DNA of 64,000 nt, from contig OZ243956.1 of the NCBI GenBank assembly GCA_965214405.1, positions 2,944,001 through 3,008,000 of the forward strand, given 5' to 3'. Made by a program: the position numbers and the translations under genes. The notes beneath the pieces were generated by a model. The model searched no databases. It was not told where the DNA came from and saw only the letters and a list, made by a program, of their open reading frames with translations. Source of the stretch: Trueperaceae bacterium. GTDB taxonomy: Bacteria; Deinococcota; Deinococci; Deinococcales; Trueperaceae. Positions 10,109 through 21,121 of this stretch are shown here, in pieces. Numbering within the stretch: position 1 is the stretch's first letter; the number at the start of each line of letters is the position of its first letter.

Positions 10109-11554
10109 TCATGGGTCTGAGTAACGAACCGCCCGCGCCGCCGCCCCCTTACCCGACAGAAGCGCGAGCGGAACCCCGCCCCCCGGATGTACGCTGCCCC
10201 CCGCCAAAAAGAGATTCTTGACCCCGCGCACCGTCCCCTTGGGGCGAAGCGTCCCCAGGAGCGAATGGGGCGCTGCGCCGTAGATGCTGCCGCGGTGCGC
10301 GAGGGTGGCTAAGTGGTCGGGACCCAAGGTGTGGCGGAAGCGCACCTGGTCCCGCACATCCAAGCCGCGACGCGCCAACACCTCGAGCAGATGGTCGGCG
10401 TACGAGTCGGCGTCCTCTGCCTCCCTCGTCTTGCCCACCGGCAGCGCGGGCGCGTTCGCCATCACGAACAGGTTTTCGCAGCCCGGCGGGGCCTGCGACG
10501 GGTCGGTTTTAGAGCCCACCGACACGTAAAGTGTCGGGTTGCGGGGCTTCTCACCGCGGCGGATGGCGGCGAACTCGGCGGGGTAGTCTTCGGCAAAAAG
10601 GATGGTGTGGTGGGCCAGTTCGGGTGACGTGCCCCCTACGCCCAAAAGCAGCACGAAGCCTGACAGGGAAGGCTCGAGCCCCTCCACCCGCGTTCGCTTG
10701 CCCAAAAGCTGATGCGTCCTGACGATGTCCAAAGACGAGACCACCACGTCGGCGTTAACATTTCCCGCGCTCGAGCGCACCTCCCGCACCTCCCCAGAAG
10801 CGCAGTCGAGCCCCTCGACCCAGGCGTTCGTCCGAATCTCCACCCCCAGCCGCGTGGCGAGCGCGGCCAGTTCGCGCACGACGTGTTTGACGCCGCCCTC
10901 CGGGTAGACCACGCCCAGCCCCAGCTCGACCCAGGCGATGTTGTGGAGCACCGCCGGGGCGCGGGTGGGGTCCGCGCCGAAGTAGGTGGCGAAGCGCAGG
11001 AAAAAACTCCTGAGGTCGCCTGTCGCGCCGTGACGCTCGAGCAGTTCCGGCAGCGTTTTCAAGGGATGAGCCCTTAAGCCGTGGGTGAGGCCATATTTCA
11101 TCAGCTCGAGCGGCCCCGGCGCGCTTCCGTAAACAAACGTAGGCGAAGCCGCTTCATAGAGCGCCTTGGCCTCAGCGAGCAGGCTCCGGTAGACTCGAGC
11201 TTCTGCCGCGCTCAACTGTGCCGTCGTTCGCTCGACATCTTTGGAAACGTCCCACACGCGGCCCGACGGGAAGCGGTAGCGGCAGAGGGGGTCTAAGGGG
11301 TTGAGGGTAAAGGGTAACGCCTCGCCCGCCGCTTGGAACACGCCCTCGAGCACCCCCGGCAGCGTCAGCACGCTCGGCCCGGTGTCGAAGCGAAAGCCCT
11401 CGCCCGTGATTTCGCCCGCCTTGCCGCCCGCCTCGGCGTGGCCCTCCAATAGCGTCACCTCAAAACCGGCGAGCGCCAGGTGAATCGCCGCCGACAGCCC
11501 TGCGAAGCCGCCCCCCAGCACCAGCGCCGCGCCCTTGTTCAAAATCCCCCTCAC
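10109..11554 (-). CDS. crtD: Carotenoid desaturase, CrtD/CrtI family
   Basis: GGGFAGL, FDTGPS and GGSVHPGGGVP motifs; GTGA overlap with upstream stop; crtD assignment from gene context. Confidence 0.7.
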   Translation of the reverse strand: MRGILNKGAALVLGGGFAGLSAAIHLALAGFEVTLLEGHAEAGGKAGEITGEGFRFDTGPSVLTLPGVLEGVFQAAGEALPFTLNPLDPLCRYRFPSGRVWDVSKDVERTTAQLSAAEARVYRSLLAEAKALYEAASPTFVYGSAPGPLELMKYGLTHGLRAHPLKTLPELLERHGATGDLRSFFLRFATYFGADPTRAPAVLHNIAWVELGLGVVYPEGGVKHVVRELAALATRLGVEIRTNAWVEGLDCASGEVREVRSSAGNVNADVVVSSLDIVRTHQLLGKRTRVEGLEPSLSGFVLLLGVGGTSPELAHHTILFAEDYPAEFAAIRRGEKPRNPTLYVSVGSKTDPSQAPPGCENLFVMANAPALPVGKTREAEDADSYADHLLEVLARRGLDVRDQVRFRHTLGPDHLATLAHRGSIYGAAPHSLLGTLRPKGTVRGVKNLFLAGGSVHPGGGVPLALLSGKGAAARAVRYSDP

Positions 11555-12669
11555 GCGTACGTCCGCCCCTTCCAGCGGTAGCCCTTGCGCCGCAGCGCCC
11601 GCCCCGTTACCCGCCAGAGCGGGACGACCATAAAGGGTTGGAGGAAAAGCTCGAGCGGACTCCGCCGCGTCTTGAGGGAAGTGAGCAGCCTTTGCAGAAG
11701 TCCCCCGAAACCAATCAGCAGCCACCAAGGGTTCAGCAGGGCCAGGGGCCACGCGAGGGTGTAGGTGAGTGTGTTGAGCACGCCCAGCGCGAGCAGCGCC
11801 GCGCGGTTCCCCCCGACCGCCGCGAGGATGTTCTTGGCGAAGCCCTCGAGCATCTCCTTTTCACCTCGGTACATGCGAGTCGCAATCATCCGCCCCCCCA
11901 GCGCCAGCGCCACGCGGAGGCCGACGCCCTTCGCGCGCTGGCCCATCCGCACGTCTTCCAGGACTTCCCCCCGAAAGGCCGCGTGACCGCCCACGCGTTT
12001 GTAGCCTCCCCGCGTCCAGAGCATGAGCTGACCGTTGCCCGCGGAAAAGGCGGCTTGAGAGGAGTAAATCACGCCCAAGTAGGGCAAAAAACCCAACAGA
12101 ACGAGGTCGATGGCGGGCACCATGAGCCGTTCGGCGAGGGTGCCGGTAAGCTGACGCGGCCACACGCTCACGAACTCGGCCTCGTGCCCGGTCCCATGCG
12201 CCTTGCGAAAAGCGAGCAGCGCCGCCAACGTCTGAGGCTCCCAGCGCACGTCGGCGTCGGTGAAAATGAGCAGGTCGCCCGAAGCTGTCTCGGAAAGCTG
12301 ATGACAGGCCCAGTTCTTGCCGCTCCACCCGTCAGGAAGCGGCTTGCCGGAAAGCACGCGGAGGCGCGGGTAGTTTTCAGCGAACCCCTCTAAAAGCGCT
12401 CGAGTCCTGTCCGTCGAGCCGTCGTCAAGCACGACAAGTTCAACCCCCTGACAGATGTTCTTCAGGAGGCGCGGCAGCGTCTCAGGCAGGTTGTGCGCTT
12501 CGTTGCGTGCGGGCACGAGGATGGAGACGGAGGGCGATTCGCCTACTTCCTTTGGGGGAGCTTTGAGCACCGGAAAAAATACGAGATTACTCAGCAGTGT
12601 GAGGAGTTGCAGCCCCAGAAAAAGCGCGGCAACAACGAAAAGAACCGTCGTCACGACCCCTAAGACCAC
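11551..12669 (-). CDS. GT2 glycosyltransferase (carotenoid glycosyltransferase CruC-like)
   Basis: VPARNEA, DDGSTD, GK..A, FTDAD, NGQ and EDV motifs; start approximate. Confidence 0.85.
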   Translation of the reverse strand: MVLGVVTTVLFVVAALFLGLQLLTLLSNLVFFPVLKAPPKEVGESPSVSILVPARNEAHNLPETLPRLLKNICQGVELVVLDDGSTDRTRALLEGFAENYPRLRVLSGKPLPDGWSGKNWACHQLSETASGDLLIFTDADVRWEPQTLAALLAFRKAHGTGHEAEFVSVWPRQLTGTLAERLMVPAIDLVLLGFLPYLGVIYSSQAAFSAGNGQLMLWTRGGYKRVGGHAAFRGEVLEDVRMGQRAKGVGLRVALALGGRMIATRMYRGEKEMLEGFAKNILAAVGGNRAALLALGVLNTLTYTLAWPLALLNPWWLLIGFGGLLQRLLTSLKTRRSPLELFLQPFMVVPLWRVTGRALRRKGYRWKGRTYA

Positions 12670-13361
12670 AGCCGCGCCACCCAGCCCATCCGCGTGTGAA
12701 AACTCTGCTGACCCGCCAGCCACGCCTCGAAGCCTTCGGGCGGGGCCTCGGGTTCGGCGTGGGCGATAAAGGTGTCTAGCTCCGACAAAAGCCCGTTCAC
12801 CGCCCCCCGGTAGGCTTCCAGAGTTGTGTGAGGCTCGAGCCTTTGTCCCAACACGACAAACGCCTCTGGATGCTGCGCCCCCCGCACGACGACGCGCAGC
12901 GCGAGCGGGTAAATGGGGACGGCGGCGCGCGTTGCTAAAAACTCGAGCCCCCGGTGGACGTTGACCACTTTTCCGGCGGGCTCGAGCCGCCCCTCGGGAA
13001 AAATGAATAGCAGGTCCCCCCGCTCTAAACGCCGCAGCGCCTCGCGGACCTCCCTGCGGTCAATCGCGCCCCAGTAGCGGAAAAAACGGAACCGTTCTAA
13101 TTGCCGCCCCTCCATGAGCAGGCATATGGGGCGGTTGGTGCGTCTTTTAACGAGCCAGAGCAAGTAGCCGTCCCACCAGGAGTGGTGGTTCGCCGCGATG
13201 ATCAGGCCGCCCGGTGGCAGCGCGTCCCAATCGCCCTTGGCCCACACACCGTGCAGCCCGCTCTCGAGCGAGCGCCGGATGATGAGGGGAACCGACCGGG
13301 CAATCCAGCATTCGATTTCACCCGTGAAAAGCCCTCTAAGGTGCGCCGCGTAGCGTGTCAT
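12660..13361 (-). CDS. Lysophospholipid-acyltransferase-family protein (CruD-like)
   Basis: NHHSWWD and FPEG motifs, within carotenoid cluster. Confidence 0.85.
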   Translation of the reverse strand: MTRYAAHLRGLFTGEIECWIARSVPLIIRRSLESGLHGVWAKGDWDALPPGGLIIAANHHSWWDGYLLWLVKRRTNRPICLLMEGRQLERFRFFRYWGAIDRREVREALRRLERGDLLFIFPEGRLEPAGKVVNVHRGLEFLATRAAVPIYPLALRVVVRGAQHPEAFVVLGQRLEPHTTLEAYRGAVNGLLSELDTFIAHAEPEAPPEGFEAWLAGQQSFHTRMGWVARLWS

Positions 13362-14865
13362 TGGGTCTTTCTGAGAGGCGGCCCGTCAGGAGCGTGGGCA
13401 CGAGGAGGAGCCCCATCGCCACAAAGGTCACGCCCGCCGCGAGCGGCAAGCCGAAAAAGAGCAGGCCGACGCTCATCAAAAAGGCTTGGGCGAGAAAGAT
13501 AATGCGGAGGTCGGCGGAGTTTTCGTTCTTTAGGCGGGGCTCGAGCCTGATTAACAGCCAGACCAGCCCCACCCCCGCGACGTACCAACCCACAAAGTTA
13601 CTGAGCGGCACCCCGTAGTAGGGAGCCGCGCCGTTAAAATTTGCCTCAAAATGCCAAAAGCCCCGGCTGACCATGAGCGGGTCCAGACCCAAATCCCAGG
13701 CCACGAGCGCGAGCGGCGCGACCAGAACCTTCCAGCGCGGTGCGACCGCGATGGCAATGATTGTAAACGCCCACCACCCAAGGAGCACGAGGAGCGGCAC
13801 CCCCAGAAGCGATGGCCCCGGCGCAGTATAGGTGTAAGCGCCAAACGGTACCCCCGTCCGGCTGCCGACGGCCTCGACAATGAGACCAAAAAGAAAAGCG
13901 ACGGCGAAAAGGAGGAGCGACCGGACGCCGTAACGCTCCCAGGCAAAACTCAGCACCCCGAGCGCCAGCAGGCTGGTGCTGAGATAAGCGAGCACCGGGA
14001 AGAGGCCGGGCAAGAGGGGCGTCGGCACCATGCTTAGCGACCACAGCACCAGCAGCGGACGCCACCAGGCGCGTCTGGGAACCGAGAGCGCGTTTAGCCT
14101 CTCTAAAGAGCGGGGCTCGAGCGACGCGCTAAGCCCGAACACGACAAAGGTGGTCGTCAGGAGAAAAAACACCGCCTCTTCGATGGGCAGCCCCAGCGGC
14201 TTAAAGCCGGTCGTAAGCTCCGGGCTAATCCACCAGATACCCAGCGCGATGGCGACGCGGTCCGCTATCCAGAGGTAAAGCGTCGGCAACAAAATAGCAG
14301 CCAGCGTCAGCCGCCAGCGCGCCGCGAACCAGTCACCCGCGAACCCCCACAGTAGCGCCAGCACCGGCCCGGCCCACACAAGGATGAGCCCCAAATAGGT
14401 GCCGCGTTCGGTACGCAGGAGCAAAAGCCCGGCGGCGGCGACGGCAAGGGAGAAGATGACGCCGCCTATTCTCAGAGACTTTGAGGAAGAAAGCACCTCC
14501 GCCTGCGCCCACTGTGGTCGCCAGCGCGCCAGCCCGAATAGCAGGAGTCCGGCCATAAGTGTCTGAACGATAAAGAAAAAATACTCCTCCACCGGCACGT
14601 AGCCAATCGTAAAGAGCACCCGCCCCGGCGCGTAACCCCACACCTCCCGGTAAACGAGATAGTTGTCCCACGGCGTCGTGTAAACGAGCGCGATCAGCAC
14701 ATGAAGAAAAAGCGCCCCCACCGCAAAGCCCGTCCGCCCCCCCAGCCCTCCCGAGAGCGCCCGCCCTCTACGCACCGCGCGCACGCTCACGAGCGCCAGC
14801 CCTATAAGCAGCGGCAGCGTAAACACCAGGTGAAAGCCCCAGTAGGTCATAAACTCAAAAACCAA
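13336..14865 (-). CDS. Fusion of membrane lycopene cyclase domains (CrtYc/Yd type) and CruF-type carotenoid hydratase
   Basis: [17 protein letters not shown] and PIEEAVFF cyclase motifs; C-terminal E..G..TG.PFG.Y.Y, WDL.LDP and [11 protein letters not shown]. Confidence 0.75.
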   Translation of the reverse strand: MVFEFMTYWGFHLVFTLPLLIGLALVSVRAVRRGRALSGGLGGRTGFAVGALFLHVLIALVYTTPWDNYLVYREVWGYAPGRVLFTIGYVPVEEYFFFIVQTLMAGLLLFGLARWRPQWAQAEVLSSSKSLRIGGVIFSLAVAAAGLLLLRTERGTYLGLILVWAGPVLALLWGFAGDWFAARWRLTLAAILLPTLYLWIADRVAIALGIWWISPELTTGFKPLGLPIEEAVFFLLTTTFVVFGLSASLEPRSLERLNALSVPRRAWWRPLLVLWSLSMVPTPLLPGLFPVLAYLSTSLLALGVLSFAWERYGVRSLLLFAVAFLFGLIVEAVGSRTGVPFGAYTYTAPGPSLLGVPLLVLLGWWAFTIIAIAVAPRWKVLVAPLALVAWDLGLDPLMVSRGFWHFEANFNGAAPYYGVPLSNFVGWYVAGVGLVWLLIRLEPRLKNENSADLRIIFLAQAFLMSVGLLFFGLPLAAGVTFVAMGLLLVPTLLTGRLSERPNDTLRGAP

Positions 14866-14967
14866 AGACTCGAGGAAGGAGCTGTCACAGCGTGTTTTTC
14901 ACTTATCTTACGCACTTTTTCAACCTTCTTTTCCCCACTCACCACTCGCCACTATCCACGACCCACT

Positions 14968-16530
14968 TCATACCCGCTTCCGCTCCAAATCCCCCAGCAC
15001 CACTCGCGCCGCATTCCGCCCCGACGCGCCCATGATACCGCCGCCCGGATGGGTGCTCGCGCCCGTTAAGTAGAGGCCCTTGAGGTGCGTGCGGTACTCG
15101 GCCATGCCCAAAAAGGGGCGTAACATAAACATCTGGTCCAGACTCATTTCTAGATGCATCACGTTGCCGCGGTGGAGACCCAGTTCGCGCTCGAGCCAGG
15201 CCGGGTGCTGGAACAAGCTCCCCACGACCGAGGCCTTGGTGCCGGGGGCGTAAGTCTCATAGGTGTCGAGGATGGACTCGGCCACCTCGTCGGCGATGTC
15301 GTCCCAGGAGCGACCTTTGGAGAGTTCATACGGATAATACTGCGCCCAGAGCCACAGCACCTCGCCGCCGGGCGGCGCGAGCGTGGGGTCGACCGCGCTG
15401 AAACTCATGGCGACGATGGGCGGGTCTTTGGCGGGTTCGCCGCGCATAAAGTCGCCGTAGGCGCTCATGATTTGCGCCCGGTCGCGGCAGAGGAGACCCA
15501 GCGCCCGCCGCGCGGCGGCGCCGGGATGCGCGTCGTAACGCACGGGCTTGTCGAGCGCGAGCCGCAAGATAGCGCCAAAGCCGTTGCCGACACGCATCCC
15601 CTTACTGTTGGGCGGGCGGTGCGCCTCGGGGAGGAGTTTGCCAAAGGTCGTAAGCGCGTGCGTCCCCGCCACCACCACCTTGGCGGTGTAGGTCTGCCCC
15701 TCAACTTTAATCCCCGTGCTCCGGCTCCCCTCGACCAAAATCTCTTCGACGGGCGCGTTCACATGCACCTCGCCGCCGTGCGCCTCGATGTGGTTTTTGA
15801 GCGCCTGCGTGAGCATCCCCGAGCCGCCCTTGGGCCGCGCCATGCCGCCCTCGTGGTACAGGGGGTGCCACAGCACAAAGGGCGAGGTCATCGGCTCGGT
15901 GGGCGGCGGCCCCGACTGCGCGGCCATCCAAACCAGGGGCGTTTTGACCCGTTCGTCCTTGAAATATTCGTTCACAAGCTCGCCGTAGGGCTTGAGAATC
16001 ATGGGCAGCGCGCGCTTCCAGTCGCCGCGGATGCTCCGACCGAAAATCATCTTCTTGCCCAAATTAAAGGGGCTCGGCACGCTCAAAAAAAGGTCTTTGA
16101 CGACGCGGGCGAAAGGCCCCCAGTCGTGCAAGAAGCGACGGTACGCCTCGCCCTCGCCGGGGAAATGGCACTCGAGCTCCGCCGCCGTCTTCTCCGCGTC
16201 CCGGTGAAAGAAGACGTTCTCGTAACCCCCCTCGGCGTCGCCAAAAGGCGCAAAAAAAAGAGGGTCGATGTCGATATACTCTAAACCAAAATCTTCTAAC
16301 CCCAACTCCGCCACGATCGGCGTGAGCCGAATCAAGATGTGCGCGCTGCCGCCCAAGTCGAATTTATAACCCGGCACGATTTCTTTCGTCGAGACCGCCC
16401 CGCCCACGATGTCGCGCCGCTCGAACACCCCGACACGGTAACCCGCCTGCGCCAAATACGCGCTCGTAATCAGCGCGTTGTGACCCGCACCAACCGTGAT
16501 GACGTCGTAATCATAGGTAGAGCTAGGCAT
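14968..16530 (-). CDS. crtO: Beta-carotene ketolase CrtO (phytoene desaturase-like)
   Basis: [33 protein letters not shown] and [16 protein letters not shown], as recalled for Deinococcus CrtO. Confidence 0.75.
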   Translation of the reverse strand: MPSSTYDYDVITVGAGHNALITSAYLAQAGYRVGVFERRDIVGGAVSTKEIVPGYKFDLGGSAHILIRLTPIVAELGLEDFGLEYIDIDPLFFAPFGDAEGGYENVFFHRDAEKTAAELECHFPGEGEAYRRFLHDWGPFARVVKDLFLSVPSPFNLGKKMIFGRSIRGDWKRALPMILKPYGELVNEYFKDERVKTPLVWMAAQSGPPPTEPMTSPFVLWHPLYHEGGMARPKGGSGMLTQALKNHIEAHGGEVHVNAPVEEILVEGSRSTGIKVEGQTYTAKVVVAGTHALTTFGKLLPEAHRPPNSKGMRVGNGFGAILRLALDKPVRYDAHPGAAARRALGLLCRDRAQIMSAYGDFMRGEPAKDPPIVAMSFSAVDPTLAPPGGEVLWLWAQYYPYELSKGRSWDDIADEVAESILDTYETYAPGTKASVVGSLFQHPAWLERELGLHRGNVMHLEMSLDQMFMLRPFLGMAEYRTHLKGLYLTGASTHPGGGIMGASGRNAARVVLGDLERKRV

Positions 16531-16636
16531 CAGCGGAGGGCAACTTTGGAATCAACATCATCTCATCTGTAGGTTCAACTGTAAAAATTTCAAGCGTAAG
16601 AATAAAAAAAGTACAAGGCTTAGTCATTTGCCCCAT

Positions 16637-17560
16637 TCAGACCGGCCCGCTACTGTACACATCATAAAAAGCCTTGGGAATAAGCGCGATGCGTTCGATG
16701 GGCTTGAGGTGCGCGCGGCGCGTGAGGTTGTCGTAACCGTTCTGCCGGAGTTTGCGCAAAATGGCCTCGTAGTTGAGCGCCGCCACGCCCACGGCGGACG
16801 CGGCCACGCCGTTGAGTTTAGGGATGCCCTGCCAGCCCAGGCGGTAGAGTTTATGGGTGAGCCCGGCTATCTCTTCTAAGAGCGCGATGTAGCTTTCCGT
16901 CACCCGCCCGGCGCGCAAGTCGTCTAAATCCACACCGTACTTGTGAAGGAGTTCGTCCGGCAGATAACAGCGGTCCATCTCGAGGTCTTCGCCCACGTCG
17001 CGCAAGATGTTGGTGAGCTGCATCGCCTGACCCAGCGCCAGCGCGTTGAGCAGCGTGGCCGGGCCGCCGCTATACCCGGCAATGGGCGCAATGAGCAGCC
17101 CCACCACGCCAGCCACGCGGCGGCAGTAAAGCATAAGCTCTTCCATCGTCTCGGGGCAGGTCGCTTCTAAGTCCGAGGCGAGACCCAAATAGAGCTCGCT
17201 CAGCGCCTCTTTGGGTACGGCGTAGCTCTCCAACACCCAACTGAGCCCCACTTCCAGCGGTTCATTCGTTGCGGGCGCACCCGCGTAGGCCCGCTCGACC
17301 TGCGCCCACCACGCCTCGAGCCTGCGCCGCCCGACTGCAAGGTTGGGCGCTTCGTCCACCGCGTCGTCGCCGGAGCGGCACACCGCGTAAATGACGCTCA
17401 CCGCGCGGCGCTGCTTGGGTGGAAAGAGCCGTGAGCCCAAGTAAAAGGTGCTCGAGTGCCTTTTGGTCAGGCGGCCACAGTAGGCCACCGCCTCCGTAAC
17501 GTCCGCGCTCGCCCCCTGCCCCCAGAACTCGAGCTCGAGCCTGCGTCTACCGTTAATCAT
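16637..17560 (-). CDS. crtB: Phytoene synthase
   Basis: STFYLGS, DDAVD, YCRRVAGVVG and QLTNILRDVGED motifs. Confidence 0.95.
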   Translation of the reverse strand: MINGRRRLELEFWGQGASADVTEAVAYCGRLTKRHSSTFYLGSRLFPPKQRRAVSVIYAVCRSGDDAVDEAPNLAVGRRRLEAWWAQVERAYAGAPATNEPLEVGLSWVLESYAVPKEALSELYLGLASDLEATCPETMEELMLYCRRVAGVVGLLIAPIAGYSGGPATLLNALALGQAMQLTNILRDVGEDLEMDRCYLPDELLHKYGVDLDDLRAGRVTESYIALLEEIAGLTHKLYRLGWQGIPKLNGVAASAVGVAALNYEAILRKLRQNGYDNLTRRAHLKPIERIALIPKAFYDVYSSGPV

Positions 17561-17800
17561 GCGTTATCCACGCTTCCTGTGGTGTTTGTGACATTGTTAA
17601 CAGGCTACGACGCCTGCCCATGTGTAATATAGCAGACTCACACAATGGCCAAGGGGTGGCTCGGAGCGTTAAGGGGGGCGTCACCGCAAACGTCAACGGT
17701 GGCATTCCACAAAAATACATCCGCTCAACAAAAAGCTAAGCGGATGCGGCGGGATTCGAGTTCAGTCTGTGGCTGGTCCAGAAGCGAAGGTACGGCCGGT

Positions 17801-18685
17801 CTAACCTGCGGGCTGGCTCTTTCGGCTTGAAGCCGAATCTGACGAGCGGTACACCAGCCACGCCGCCACGAGCGCCGCCGCGAGGAGCGCGCTGTTGACG
17901 ACGAGCGAGAGGTCCCAGTATTTGATGGCGATGCCGATAAAGGCCCAGATCAGCACCAGGTTGAAAATAACGTCGCGCCGCCGCGCCATAAGGAGCGCGC
18001 CGATGCCCGCCGCGGCAAAAATCGCCACCGCCGCCCAGAAGCGCGCGCCGCCCTGCCAGCCCAGGGTGTAGAAGAACACGCCGACGTTCGTCACGGTCGC
18101 CACGGTAATCCAGCCCAAATAGAGCGAAAAGGGTGCGCGGACGGCCCACGCCTCGGCGCTGGATACGTCGGTACTGGATACGTCGGTACTGGATACGTCG
18201 GTACTGGATATATTGGTAGTGGGTGCGTTGCGCTTGCCGATCCCCAGACGTTCGTAGATGAGGATCAGGGTCGTGAGGAGCGCCAGCATCAGTACCAGCG
18301 AGAGGCCGATCTGCAAATTGTGCCAGGCAAAAAGCCAGAGCACGTTAAACGCGCAAGAGGCGACAAACAAGTAACCCACGCGGCGCAGCCTGGGGTTGTC
18401 GCGTTGCGAGGGGAGCGCCTGGTAGACCACAAACACCGCCAAGGCGGTATAGATAAGGCTCCAGATGCTAAACACGTAACCCGCTGGGATGACGAGCACC
18501 CTAAAGCTGTCGGCGATGGCCTCCGTGCTGCGTCCGGCCAAGGGCAGCGTGACGGCTAAGACGTTGAAAAAAATCGTCACAACCAGGGCGAGGATGTTGG
18601 CGCTCTGCCTGATAACGTCCCCTCTGTTACCGCCCTGACCGTCACCGCTCTGCCTCTCTCCACCAGGATATCGCGTCATCAGCAC
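17801..18685 (-). CDS. TspO/MBR-like tryptophan-rich membrane protein
   Basis: PAGYVFSIWSLIY and FSLYLGWITVAT motifs; start uncertain. Confidence 0.75.
   Translation of the reverse strand: MLMTRYPGGERQSGDGQGGNRGDVIRQSANILALVVTIFFNVLAVTLPLAGRSTEAIADSFRVLVIPAGYVFSIWSLIYTALAVFVVYQALPSQRDNPRLRRVGYLFVASCAFNVLWLFAWHNLQIGLSLVLMLALLTTLILIYERLGIGKRNAPTTNISSTDVSSTDVSSTDVSSAEAWAVRAPFSLYLGWITVATVTNVGVFFYTLGWQGGARFWAAVAIFAAAGIGALLMARRRDVIFNLVLIWAFIGIAIKYWDLSLVVNSALLAAALVAAWLVYRSSDSASSRKSQPAG
18159..18218. repeat. 15-bp in-frame tandem repeat (3 exact + 1 degenerate)
   Basis: CTGGATACGTCGGTA x3 then CTGGATATATTGGTA; encodes SSTDV repeats. Confidence 0.95.
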
Positions 18686-18762
18686 GTCCTTTCCGCTCAG
18701 TCTCTAAACCTTAGTTGTTATAGCAGTTGTTATAGCCGCCACGCCACGTTCTAAGGAGCACC

Positions 18763-19386
18763 CTAAGGAACAATAATATCGAGCACGGCGTCGTCGATAC
18801 TTTGGCTCGCGCCGTAGAGGGGGTCGCCGCCCTCGGGAAAGCGCGCGGTAAAGACGTTCCAACCCGCTGCCAATGATACCTCGTTGCCGCGGCCCGACAG
18901 CGTGGCGGGTTGGTCCACGTAAAGAAGCACAAAAAAGCCCACCGGGTTGTCGACGCTGGCGAGGCCCAACAGCCCGGTGTCCTGGGTGAGGTTGTCAAAC
19001 GCGCCGTTGCCGCTATTGTCTACATAGACTTTGGTGAGCGCCCGCGCGTAGTTGACACCCTCCGGGCTCACCCGGTATTCGTTTTGCAGGCCCGGCAGGG
19101 GTATGGCGCCGTTGCGAAAGGGCTGGAGCAAAGTGGGGCTCGGCGGGGCCGTCGTCACGCTGAAAGTTCCGGCGACGGGGGCGGCGCTCGAGACTTCCTC
19201 CAAGGTGTCGCCGTCCATGTCCACGACGTGAACGCCCACGCGCGCGCCTTCGGGCAGGGCCTGGTCGGACTGGATGAGGCCGCCCACCGTCGCTTCTTGC
19301 GGGGTCTGCGCCGCGCTCGCGCCGAAAAGAAGAGAGGCCAAGAGAAAAAAGAGTAAGTGTTTGGGGATCGTCACGGTTCTTATCAT
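18763..19386 (-). CDS. Secreted hypothetical protein
   Basis: Signal peptide LLFFLLASLLFGASAA|Q; beta-rich body. Confidence 0.7.
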   Translation of the reverse strand: MIRTVTIPKHLLFFLLASLLFGASAAQTPQEATVGGLIQSDQALPEGARVGVHVVDMDGDTLEEVSSAAPVAGTFSVTTAPPSPTLLQPFRNGAIPLPGLQNEYRVSPEGVNYARALTKVYVDNSGNGAFDNLTQDTGLLGLASVDNPVGFFVLLYVDQPATLSGRGNEVSLAAGWNVFTARFPEGGDPLYGASQSIDDAVLDIIVP

Positions 19387-19650
19387 TATCGTCTCCACAA
19401 AAGCGTCTCCACAAAGTTGTCTCTGCGTTATCTTTAGCATCGTCTCTACAACGTCACAGGAGCGGGTTCTCGAACGCTGTCAGCTTAGCACGCTGACGTG
19501 TGACCAAATCCAGCCCTCCCCCACCCACACGTTGGGGGTGAAGGGGGCCAGTATGACACATCACTACGCTGAAAAACGCGCGTGGGCGCTCCCGTGCGGC
19601 TTTGATGAAGACCGGGTGATGCTTAGGGTGCTAAAGCTAGGCGTGGGCGC

Positions 19651-20682
19651 TCAGCCTCGAGCCGTCCCGGTTACCGCATCTTCAGGCGCTTTTGCGACCC
19701 CCGCTGACCCGTACCCGTCCGGGTGCGCCTGGTGCCAGGCCCAGGCGGACGCGACGACGTCGCGCAGCTCGGTGTAGCGCGGTCTCCAGCCCAGTTCGCG
19801 CTGGATGAGCCTCGAGTCCGCAACCAGCGCCGCCGGGTCGCCCGGTCGGCGCGGCGCGAGGTGCGTGGGGATGGGCCGCCCCGTGACCTCACGGCAGACT
19901 TCGATCACCTCTTGGACCGAAAAGCCCTGACCGTTACCCAGGTTGTACGCGTGACCCTCACCCGGCTCAAGCGCCTCCACCGCTAAAAGGTGCGCCTCGG
20001 CCAGATCTTGCACGTGGACGTAGTCGCGGACGCAGGTACCGTCGGGGGTGGGGTAGTCGTCGCCGAAAATCTGGATACCCTCTCGCTCTCCCGCCGCGAC
20101 TTGCAACACGAGCGGGATGAGGTGCGTTTCGGGGTCGTGATCCTCGCCGTAGCGCGCAGAGGCCCCCGCCGCATTAAAGTAGCGCAGCGTGGTGTAACCC
20201 AGCCCTGACGTCTCCTTGAGCCAGCCCAGCATCCGTTCGATGAGCCACTTTGACTCGCCGTAGACGCTGCCCGGTTTTATCGCCGCGTCTTCGGCAAGGG
20301 GCAGGCGCTCGGGCAGGCCGAAAAGCGCCGCCGTCGAGGAGAGGACGAAGCGCGTGACGTTTTCGTTGACGAGCGTCTCGAGCAGGCGCAGCGTCCCGGC
20401 GCTGTTGTTGTCAAAATACTTGAAAGGCTCGCGCATCGACTCGCCCACGAGCGAAAAGGCGGCAAAATGCAGCGCGGCCTCGACCTCGTGCTCGCGCACC
20501 GCCCGGCTTACCGCGTTCTTATCAGCCACGTCGGCTCGTACAAACGCCGCCTCCGGATGCACCGCCCCTAAGTGGCCCGTCGCAAGGTTGTCGAGCACCA
20601 CCACGCGGTGACCGCGGCTGATGAGTTTTTCAGTGGTGACGGAGCCGATATAACCCGCGCCGCCCGTAACGAGGATGTTCAT
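19651..20682 (-). CDS. galE: UDP-glucose 4-epimerase
   Basis: ILVTGGAGYIGS, YGESK, LRYFNAAG, PDGTCVRDYVHV; TACACT 7 nt upstream suggests a leaderless start. Confidence 0.95.
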   Translation of the reverse strand: MNILVTGGAGYIGSVTTEKLISRGHRVVVLDNLATGHLGAVHPEAAFVRADVADKNAVSRAVREHEVEAALHFAAFSLVGESMREPFKYFDNNSAGTLRLLETLVNENVTRFVLSSTAALFGLPERLPLAEDAAIKPGSVYGESKWLIERMLGWLKETSGLGYTTLRYFNAAGASARYGEDHDPETHLIPLVLQVAAGEREGIQIFGDDYPTPDGTCVRDYVHVQDLAEAHLLAVEALEPGEGHAYNLGNGQGFSVQEVIEVCREVTGRPIPTHLAPRRPGDPAALVADSRLIQRELGWRPRYTELRDVVASAWAWHQAHPDGYGSAGVAKAPEDAVTGTARG

Positions 20683-20863
20683 AAGCGCCAGTGTACAAGA
20701 TTGCGCCCAAGCGCATGGCGGAAGCTTCACACAGGGGACCCAAAGAGGGGAGAGCTAAAACGAGGGGGTTCGCGGGCGGGTGGGCTTTTTCTCGACTCCT
20801 TTGTCCGGACGTTTTGGCTGGATGTTTGGGTAAATGCGCTCGAGCCGTCCCCCAAGAACCGCC

Positions 20864-21025
20864 ACAGTGTCAATACAGTATTGATACAGAATCAACGATT
20901 AATACAGAATCAACGATTAATACAGAATCAACGTCAAACAGCGTCAATATTAAACAGCGTCAACACCAGACAGCGTCAACACCAGACAGCGTCAAAGGCT
21001 TTCTTACCGAGAACCACAGTGTCAA
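20864..21025. repeat. Intergenic array of ACAG(AA/CG/TG)TCAA units at 16-18 bp period
   Basis: Units at 20864, 20886, 20904, 20922, 20938, 20954, 20970, 20986 and 21016. Confidence 0.9.
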
Positions 21026-21121
21026 AAATTTACCCTCGCGCGTGTGCGGAATTCCCAAACACGCGCCTTTCGCAGCCTCTACAGTTGAAAAGAAAATTTT
21101 ACGTGGAGGTTTACCTGCCTT

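Noticed and set aside
20864..21025. CRISPR, or coding ORFs 20572-21216 and 20691-21257
   Set aside because: No unique spacers; the ORFs only translate the tandem repeat and overlap real genes
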